From Trichoplax adhaerens (Eukaryota; Animalia; Placozoa), in contig NW_002060961.1 of NCBI RefSeq assembly GCF_000150275.1, forward strand, positions 248,001-312,000: a DNA stretch of 64,000 nt, given 5' to 3'. How positions within the stretch are numbered: position 1 is the stretch's first letter; every line of letters starts with the position of its first letter. The position numbers and the translations under genes are program-made. This document shows, piece after piece, positions 42,146 to 51,508 of the stretch. The notes beneath the pieces were generated by a model that saw only the letters and a list, made by a program, of their open reading frames with translations, searched no databases and had not been told where the DNA came from.

Positions 42146-42539
42146 CTTGGACTGTGTACTTGACAGTGTACAGTGTACAGTGCTGCTGTACGTACTGTAC
42201 TGGACTGGACTGTGGCATCTTGGGACTCTACTGTACAGTACAGTACTTTTAACTGCCAGCACGACAGACTAGACTAGGAAATGGAAACACTTTTTCACCT
42301 CTTCAAGCCCGGGTTAAGAAATCACTTTAGTTTGCAACATACTATCGATGGCAAAGTACTTTAGCATGATAGCGTTGAAAAGAGTGCTGTGCTCGTCATA
42401 GAAACCCAAGGCAAAATCATCCTCGCCAATTTTTTCTCTCCACGGCGCGTGTGCTGTACAGTGTACAGTACAGAACCACCGTACTGTACACTGTACACTC
42501 CTGACGTAACAGTGACACTTCATCCTACACTACTGTAGT

Positions 42540-43535
42540 TTGTAGTTCAGTAGGGAGGGGAATTTTCTCTTGAGGGTTCTACAGTATGTGTACACTGTAC
42601 AGTATACTATACACGTAGAACATACTGACACGGTAGACTAAGTGCCAAGCAAGGTCAATTTTCTCTTCAACTGTAGTTCAGTAGGGAGGGGAATTTTCTC
42701 TTGAGGGTTCTATGTGCATAGTACACTATACACATACTATTGCTGACACTGGTCTGACAATTTTCTCTTCACCAGTCCATGGTACAGTACAATGTACTCT
42801 ACTGTACTGTACAGTAGAGCATACTGACACTGTAGACTAAGTGCCAAGTACTGTAAGGTCAATTTTCTCTTTAGCAGTCCATGGTACAGTACAATGTATT
42901 GTACCCAGAGAACATACCGACACTGTATGTACTGTAGACTGAGTGCCAAACAAGGTCAATTTTCTCTTCAGCAGTCCATGATACAGTAGTACAGTACTGT
43001 ACACTATACTGTACTACATGTACTGTACACATAGAACATACAGTACTGACACTGTAGACTAAGTGCCAAGCAAGGTCAACTTTCTCTTCAGTACTGTACT
43101 GTATGTTCTCTGTGTACAGTACAATGTACTGTAGATAACATACTGACACTGTACTGTAGACTAAGTGCCAAGCAAGGTCAATTTTCTCTTCAGCAGTTCT
43201 CTGTGTACAGTACATTGTACTGTACACAGAGAACATACTGACACTGTAGACGAAGTGCCAAGCAAGGTCAATTTTCTCTTCAGCAGTCCATGGTACAGTA
43301 CATTGTACTGTACACAGACAACATACTGACACTGTAGACGAAGTGCCAAGCAAGGTCAATTTTCTCTTCAGCAGTCCATGGTACAGTACAATGTACTGTA
43401 CACAGACAACATACTGACACTGTAGACGAAGTGCCAAGCAAGGTCAATTTTCTCTTCAGCAGTCCATGGTACGGTACAATGTACTGTACACAGACAACAT
43501 ACTGACACTGTAGACAAAGTGCCTAGCAAGGTCTT
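42540..43535. repeat. 88-bp minisatellite (about 9-10 units) between divergent REPS and MPC2
   Basis: Consensus aagtgccaagcaaggtcaattttctcttcagcagtccatggtacagtacaatgtactgtacacagacaacatactgacactgtagacg. Clean units at 43253, 43341 and 43429; units become increasingly disrupted leftwards. Confidence 0.95.
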
Positions 43536-43857
43536 GCTTCCTGTTCCACTCAACTGGGAGAAGATCAACTTGGAAAAAAAAATTGGCTACTCATTAGCCA
43601 TCAATCCACTCAAAACTTACTGCTGCTGCTGCTGCCCAAAATTGTAATACTCAAACCAACACTTTAAATCAACTAATATTATCTTACAGCGATAGCATCA
43701 TTTTAAACAATCCTAATCGACGTATGTGTATTCTACTGTTGGAGTGTAGCATCTTGCTTTGGCTTCGAGTTGAAGCTGTAGAAACTGCTCAAGCTGCCAT
43801 TTTTATTCATTGATTCAAAATACAGACCATTTCAATCTATGTAAAGTCATTGTATCA

Positions 43858-44197
43858 TGCAAGAAACAGCTGTAAAGTCCATTGCATGTTAGTTTAACCA
43901 ACCATTGGGATTGAAAACGCGCTGATTGTATAATGTACATGCTAGTAGTTAGTCGATTGTCATCATGGATCGCCTATTAGTGACAATACTTTCTCTTACA
44001 GTGTACGTGTATTATTCAATCCGTTTGCAAGAAACAGCTGTAAAGTCCATTGCATGTTAGCTTAACCAACCATTGGGATTGAAAACGCGCTGATTGTATA
44101 ATGTACATGCTAGTAGCTAATTGATTGTCATCGTGGATCGCCTATTAGTGACAATACTTTCTCATACAGTGTACGTGTATTATTCAATCCGTTTGCA
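43858..44197. repeat. 168-bp near-perfect tandem duplication upstream of the MPC2 ATG
   Basis: tgcaagaaacagctgtaaagtcc... begins at 43858 and at 44026, with few substitutions. Confidence 0.92.
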
Positions 44198-44351
44198 CTG
44201 TGCAACCTTTGTTTATTGACGTGTGCAAGCGTTTCCAGCATGGAGTAACTTGTACAATATCTTCCTTCCTATTGAATATTGAAATACTATTTTTCTATCC
44301 TCTTAGAGCCATTGACGAGCCAGTACAACGTTGTGGTTGTAAATTGGAAAA

Positions 44352-46211
44352 ATGAGTGCTTTATATCGTTTAATTATCACTCGCTTAGATCCTTTGGTCC
44401 CCAGTCGTTACCAAACTTTTTGGAATCACCCTGCAGGTAAACTCCAAAATAATACACAACATGACTGACTAGAAATGACGTTTAGACAACTTCGATAACT
44501 CATATCATGAATTTCAGTCCAAATCAAGTTAGTATTTGCTTGATGCCTTCCCCAACTGCCATAAGCTTCGTACAAACTGCTAGTTATCAAATGCTTTCTT
44601 TTGCTACACGCACCCTTTTATATGGTAGTATCATGCATCATCTCGTTGGCAGACTCTGATTATTATCCACTCGCTTATCCAATAACTTGGTCATTTATTT
44701 TACAAAGTATCCAAGTTAGCGTACAGTGGATCGCTGATTCAAGATTTGACTTAGTATCAGATTCCATATTGTATCCCCAACTTTATCGTAACTACGCGTA
44801 GATAGAGTTTGAAAGTATCGCCAGTCTATCTACAGTATGCGTATCAATCATAATCGTTCCATTTTCAGTGCATTTCCTTTCCTAAATACAGTTAATAACA
44901 AGCTATGCTCCATCTGAATAAATCAATTCTTGCAGCAGTGATGCTGTTGCTGGATTGTTTATGCGAGACAGCAACCAGTAGATTGATTGAAAGTTGCTAG
45001 CGTAGACATTGGTATGTGGATTCATTCTAAACTTACAAAACGTAAATCATTGACTTGCAAAGCAATAACCACTTCATTGAATATCTGCCTTTACGAGTAT
45101 GTTATGAAATGTGCACTTACGAGTCTATGTAACTATCAAGATTTCAATTAACCTAAAACTCTTTGTTTCAACAGGACCGAAAACCGTTCATTTCTGGGCA
45201 CCAACTGTCAAATGGGTATTGCATTTAATTAATACGCAGTAATAAGGAATAACCTTGCATGCCGAATAGATGATCTAAGCTACTTGTTAAACTGTGCTGT
45301 AATCATAAAGTACTTATATTAGATTATTATGTTGCCATTTCAAACCTTATTAACCTTTGATGAAAAAAAACGTGGCCTGTGCCATATATGGATTGTAGTA
45401 TAGCGTCTGCTACTGCAAGTTTCTCTTCGCTCGCGCCAATGATGAACATATTTTTCCCAAAATTATAGTTGATTTTGCTTGCACGCCACTATTCAATGGT
45501 ATGCAAGTTCGAGAATGCATTGACTTGTACACAAATAGACTGCGGGCAATTACAACACCTGCAACGTCTTTCCAATGATAAAATGAAATTGGATAGGAAT
45601 AGCCTGTACTTTAATGCCGAATAGATGCTGCACCTACATTACAAATAGCTACATACTGTAACCTACCTTCCTACCATGACTTCATTGATATTCCATTAAG
45701 AAAGGAAATATCCAATTTTTTCCTTCTGTAATAGGCCTTAGTGATTGCCGGCTTAGCCGATATGGCAAGACCTCCAGAGAAGCTTAGTGTTCGACAAAGC
45801 GGAGCTCTTGCTGCAACCGGGTGCATTTGGGCTCGTTATTGCTTGGTGATCATACCGAAAAATTATTACTTATTCAGTGTCAATATGTTTCTTGGCACCA
45901 CTGGCTTCATTCAATTGACTCGCATTTATTTGTAAGTATCAAGATATCCATGTCTTGCCATGACATCCGCTGTCTAATTGATGTTGTGTAATAAAATACT
46001 TTCACAAATGGTTGTCCACACTTACAGCATTACTTTTCATAAATTGACTAATTTCTTTAGTCCTACAGTCTAATTTTGTATGTGTAATTATCCTACGTTG
46101 TACAGTTTATACTTATGTCTCCGCTATTCTTCTAATTGTAGACACCAAAAATCGCTCAACGCGGAACAAATAGCAACTAATACGCCTGCAATTGAAGATG
46201 CGAAAAATTAA
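44352..46211 (+). CDS. MPC2: Mitochondrial pyruvate carrier 2
   Basis: Exons 44352-44436, 45175-45215, 45735-45931 and 46142-46211. Translation includes WNHPAGPKTVHFWAPTVKWALVIAGLADMARPPEKLSVRQSGALAATGCIWARYCLVIIPKNYYLFSVN. Confidence 0.96.
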
Positions 46212-47745
46212 CAGCTTGATATTCCAAGTGATCTACTACATGTACTAAGAACAAATACCATAATTCTATACCGCACCAGTGATCTTTTTCAACGCATACT
46301 GATATTTAAACAAAACAGAGCGATAATGGCAAATTGGTAATAGCATAATGATGGTATCTATTTTCTACTTTTAACAGCAAACAAGATAATAGCGCCATCA
46401 ACAGTGATCGATGTCAATAGAATACGCTAATTCAGACAGTTGATCCCTTACTTGTAGGCTATGACTTTTATGGATGATATTATGATAGCAAGTTGTTAAT
46501 TGACTATGCCTCTACTACGTAAGCAGCTTGTGAGATAGCCTAAAAATCGATTTTATTATTAGAGTAAAGGAATTGAATAAAAATTGCAATACGTGTATAA
46601 GCGATAGCATGGTTACGCCACTTTGGTGTTGTGTCTATTTAAATTCAAATCACCTTACAAGATTGTTGGCGATGTAGTAGATTGTAGAATTTTGCAGTTG
46701 GTGCCTCATTATACTTTCTGTAAAATGGACTTCTTTCACACAAGGCATGTCATTTCAATGACCACTTATGAACTAATTTGATGACCGTGATTTCGGTTAG
46801 CATTCTCGGACGATTTTAAAACAGACTTGATAACCTGCACTTGTAAATTAAAATGAATAACAGTCTTTCTCCTTAAATTCATTATCATGGAAAAGAAAGA
46901 TTTGGACATTTTTCTAAGCATTTTATGTATAGAGCAACGGAGAAGCATTAGATGCATTTTATCACCCTATCATATTAACAGGCATTAGTACTTCTAAGTC
47001 TATGACAGCTATAGGATCTGTACTATGCAAATTCAAGTGCAGTAGTGGCATTAGTTTAAACTGATCTAAAATAATAAATATTCTACTAGCTTAGTTCAGA
47101 AAGATGGCATACTAGTATTTACTTTAACTTTTATCCCAACAATTGTTGAGTAAAAAATACAACGGTTCGAAACTATGGAGTAGCAATAAGTAAAGTACAG
47201 CAACAACGATAAAGATTGAATTAATATTTGCTGGATGCAACTCTTTGTATGTATAGCGATACACCAATGTCGATTGTTCATGCACGACTTTAGGTCATTT
47301 TTTTACATATACGAGATATGCACTTATGCCGGCTGTGGTTGCACAACTTCAGTCATTAAGCAATATCACATGCCAACAAGTAAAGCACCGCAACGGTGAA
47401 GAAAGTTGAACTAATATTTGCACTCTACAATACAATACTCTACATGGATAAGAAATATATGTACATCCATGTTGACTGTTTTTAGACAATTCTAGTTATT
47501 GAGTTGCAAGTGGCAACAAGAACTGCAACGGTGAAGAAGGTTGAATTGATGTTTTCAACATACCCTACAGTCAGTCTGTGACGACAAGCTTATTCTGCAA
47601 TCACAGAAAAGTTATTGTAGGTTTACAATCTTTCACGATGCTCTGGAGTATTAAGTAATCTACATATTGGATTGGAAATACGCTAAACGGGCGATCGTCT
47701 ATTATGGGAGTCCTGGAAAAAGTTCATCGTGTGAACGTACCTTAA

Positions 47746-48367
47746 AGGTGTACAATTTTCAAATACAAGTTAGCTGTTCTTGCATGGCTTCAGTAAGAAT
47801 CGATGATTGCACTACTTAGCATGTGGCGACAGGCTTAAAGTAATACGCGTATAGCATTATTTAATATCTACAGTTAACGAATACGCAGAATTAGCTCAAG
47901 GGCTCTATGAGTAGCTCAACACGAAAGGGTATACTTGCAGACGTTTCTTTTATTTGCATATAATCCATTTGAGCTAAGTATTAGAACATTTGATTGCACA
48001 AGTCCTATGGAATATAATACTGCGCAACCAGAAAAAGACTTGCAACGGCTGACTATGCAATACTTTGCAATCTCTTCCACTGAAAATATCGTCAATAGAC
48101 GATTGCACACTGTATCAAGGTGTACAATTTTAAATACAAGTTAACTGTTCTTGCACGGCTTCAGCAAGAATCGATGATTGCACTACTTAGCATGTGGCGA
48201 CAGGTATACTCGCAGACGTTTCTTTTATTTATGTATAATCTATTTGAGCTAAGTATTAGAACATTTCATGGCATAAGTCCTATGCAATATCCTACTGTGA
48301 AATCAGAAAAAAAAGACTAGCAACGGCTGACTATGCAATACTTTGCAATCACTTCCACTGAAAATAT
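47746..48367. repeat. Tandem duplication (period about 370 bp) with a roughly 95-bp indel between copies
   Basis: aggtgtacaatttt...gcatgtggcgacagg occurs at about 47746 and 48118. Copy 1 has extra sequence at about 47834-47927. Confidence 0.85.
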
Positions 48368-48631
48368 CATACTCGTCATCCAGTTTGGGTTGGGGAACCA
48401 ATAAAGGACTCTGCTCAATTTAGAACTATATTGTAGATAGATACGTATGCATGTTGACTGTTCTTGTACACCTTCTGCCATTAAACAGCAGCCAGTAAAG
48501 TATTACTATCAAATAAGCCATTGACTACTCGATCTTTCATAGTTTATGATGGAAGCAAAAACGCGCAATGGCGGCAACATCCCTTAAAAAAGGGAAGAGA
48601 ATTCAACATGCAAATCTGACTGGACATTATA

Positions 48632-48658
48632 CCAATGGCTGATTCAGCAAGCGATTGG
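48632..48658. promoter_or_regulatory. Inverted pair of CCAAT boxes, candidate promoter of the ZGLP1-like gene
   Basis: CCAAT at 48632-48636 and ATTGG at 48654-48658, just upstream of the minisatellite and GATA-finger ORF. Confidence 0.35.
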
Positions 48659-48699
48659 CTGAACATTTAGTAGTACCAGTCCCTGCTTATACAGCCTAG

Positions 48700-49500
48700 A
48701 TTATCCTCTACCGTCCATTTTTCCCAGTGCTATTTACTCGTCTCGACATCCAGATGTCATATACTCGTATAAATTAAATTATTATCCTCTACCGCATATA
48801 CTCGTATAAATTATCCTCTACCGTCGATTTCTCCCAGTACTGTTATATTTACTCGTCTCGACATCCAGATGGCATATACTCGTATAAATTAAATTATTAT
48901 CCTCTACCGCATATACTCGTATAAATTATCCTCTACCGTCGATTTCTCCCAGTACTGTTATATTTACTCGTCTCGACATCCAGATGGCATATACTCGTAT
49001 AAATTAAATTATTATCCTCTACCGTCGACTTCTCCCAGTGCGATTTACTCGTCTAGACATCGAGATAGCATATACTCGTATAAATTATCCTCTACCGTCG
49101 ATTTCTCCCAGTGCTGTTATATTTACTCGTCTAGACATCCAGATGGCATAAATTATCCTCTATCGTCGATTTCTCCCAGTACTGTTATATTTACTCGTCT
49201 AGACATCCAGATGTCATATACTGATATAAATTATCCTCTACCATCGACTTCTCCCAGTACTATTTAGTCGTCTCGACATCGAGATGTCATACTCGTATAA
49301 ATTATCCCAGTATTATCCTCTAGACCTCTACCATCGATTTCTCGCAGTGCTGTTTACTCGTCCGGACATCGCGATGTCATCCATGTACTCGTATCAATTA
49401 TCCCAGTAGCATCCTCTACCGTCGATTTCTCACAGTGCTGTTTACTCGCCTGGACATCGAGGTGTCATACTTGTATAAATTATCCCAGTATTATCCTCGA
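48700..49500. repeat. 70-85-bp minisatellite (about 9 units) with an exact 115-bp higher-order duplication
   Basis: Unit attatcctctaccgtcgatttctcccagt(a/g)ct...tttactcgtct(c/a)gacatc(ca/ga)gatg(g/t)catatactcgtataaa. 48781-48895 is repeated at 48896-49010. Confidence 0.93.
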
Positions 49501-49648
49501 TAGTTCATTTAGTATGATGTATGCATGCATAATTGCATATACGTCAATTACAGCGGCATCATCCTTTACCGTCAATTTTTGTTCCGTTTACTTTCCGGGA
49601 AATTGATATGTCTACAATCTATGATATTGCATACAAATTGAAAGTAAC

Positions 49649-50341
49649 TTGACATCGCCTTTTCTCTCCTGCAGTTGTACTTCACTACGCTCCCATCCGG
49701 GTGCAAGCTGTATCGCAATCCGCAATGCGCGTAAGTTAACAAATGGATTAACTCATAACTTCTCTAGAAGAAAAAAGAAGCCTCGCAAGTGTTTTACATC
49801 TGCACAAGAAGATCATTCCATTGTGGTTACATTTACAGTTGACACTGCTGTAAAGGCTGGCCAAGGCCAACATGAGCTACACTTGTCTACTCACTACACT
49901 TTTCATAACACTTCCAAGAGTGACAATGAAGAAGATCGGATGTCTACATCATCTAAAACAAGTGATTTCTATCAATTTCCATTCGAAACGGATTGCCTTG
50001 ACACAAGCGCGCAGTATTGCCTAGTAACAGAGGGATGTCTACAACCATTATCAATTGAAAATATATACCATCAAGAGAATCACCTTGTCCATTGGTGTAG
50101 GTCATGTGGCACAACTCAAACACCGCTTTGGAGGGATATCTCTTTGCAGCCAGATGTCAGAAGAAAATTAATATGGACTAATATTAACAGATATCGATTC
50201 TGTAATGCATGCGGCATCCGATTGAAAAATTGTAAAATTTACTGTGGAATGTGCTTTTACATTCCTAAAAAGAAGGATCTATCTCAAAACTCTTGTCAAA
50301 GATGTAAAGTAAATCCCTCCGTGTGGAAACAACTTTCTTAA
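49649..50341 (+). CDS. ZGLP1: GATA-like zinc finger protein of the ZGLP1/GLP-1 type (5' structure unresolved)
   Basis: CRSCGTTQTPLWRD...CNACGIR is followed by a second C4 module, CGMCFYIPKK...CQRC. An upstream RRKKKPRKC...VVTFTV...LHLSTHY block resembles the ZGLP1 N-terminal conserved region. The ORF has no 5' ATG; a strong acceptor ends at 49674. Confidence 0.75.
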   Translation: MTSPFLSCSCTSLRSHPGASCIAIRNARKLTNGLTHNFSRRKKKPRKCFTSAQEDHSIVVTFTVDTAVKAGQGQHELHLSTHYTFHNTSKSDNEEDRMSTSSKTSDFYQFPFETDCLDTSAQYCLVTEGCLQPLSIENIYHQENHLVHWCRSCGTTQTPLWRDISLQPDVRRKLIWTNINRYRFCNACGIRLKNCKIYCGMCFYIPKKKDLSQNSCQRCKVNPSVWKQLS

Positions 50342-51508
50342 CTGCCGATAGACGTGTTTCGTTAGCGCAGATGAAGAATAGCCGAAACTAGAACATGAAT
50401 GAAAACTCTGTACTGTATGTAATCTCTGTCGCTCAACTTTAAAATTTATAAAATCATGCTATCATGCATTTGTGCGTGTATAATAATAGGTTGTCATTGT
50501 ACTATAGCTACGGACTTAAACTGCTATTTCTGAGCTGTTTATAATAGCTAATTATATTAGCTAACTTCCAACAATATGACTACCTTTTGAGAATGTCATG
50601 TATTTATTTATTATAATAATAAATTACACTGCATCGCTCTGTTTATATAGTAGGTATATACTAAATGGTAGTTAGAGACATAAATTACTGTTTCTAAGCT
50701 GGTTATAGCATTAACTACAAATAGTATATACGTATAACTTGCCTACTTCATTATAACTATTATTATCGAAACCATCACGTATCGCTCTGTTCCACCTGTA
50801 GCTGTACTTTAGTAAATAAAACGATGGTACCGTATACATTTTCTCTAAAAAGAAAGAAAAAACGGAATGTGATTTACGCGATCTCGCTTCAATGTCGAGT
50901 TGGTTCTTTTACTTCCTATATGCTGTAGACTTACTTTGTATGCCTGATGTGTGCAAAACTAGTTCTCATGTTCGCATTCTGGATACCGTACCTATAAAAT
51001 TTCGCAACAGCGCATCCCTGCTGTCTCCCTCCTCAAGTCATACTCTTCGAGAGAGTTGTAATCCTCGCCACTCGGCTATGCGCGAATCACCGGTGAGAAT
51101 GCGGTTTCAAATTTGAATTATGAATGAAGCTCTACCATGTAACTACGGAGATAGCTTTTGCAGTTTAGTCAGAGCGTACTTCTAACTGCTAGTAGTGATT
51201 TTTTAAGGATATTTGAATGGATATTTGAATAGTTATTTAATTAATCAGCCAGTTGCAGTACTGTATGGACATTAGTACAATAGCTATACAGTATGCTAGC
51301 TAGATTACCTTATTAGTATGTATGTATTCAGTGCATTGCCCGCTGATACGCTACCATAGCCAGCGTAGTCCTGTAACGATACTCGACTACTATACCGTAT
51401 TATACAGTACGTATACTCATTGACTACCAGATATCAAACTACTGTTCCAAGCTTGCCACCTGGCTTTTGGTCAATTTCTACCTGGACTATGCAGCACCTT
51501 TGCTGCTC

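Noticed and set aside
42540-43535. CRISPR-like array
   Set aside because: The whole unit is repeated with no unique spacers, the context is eukaryotic and there are no cas genes. It is a minisatellite.
42737-43568. Overlapping ORFs in the ORF track (e.g. the 188-aa ORF)
   Set aside because: These are translation artefacts of the 88-bp repeat.
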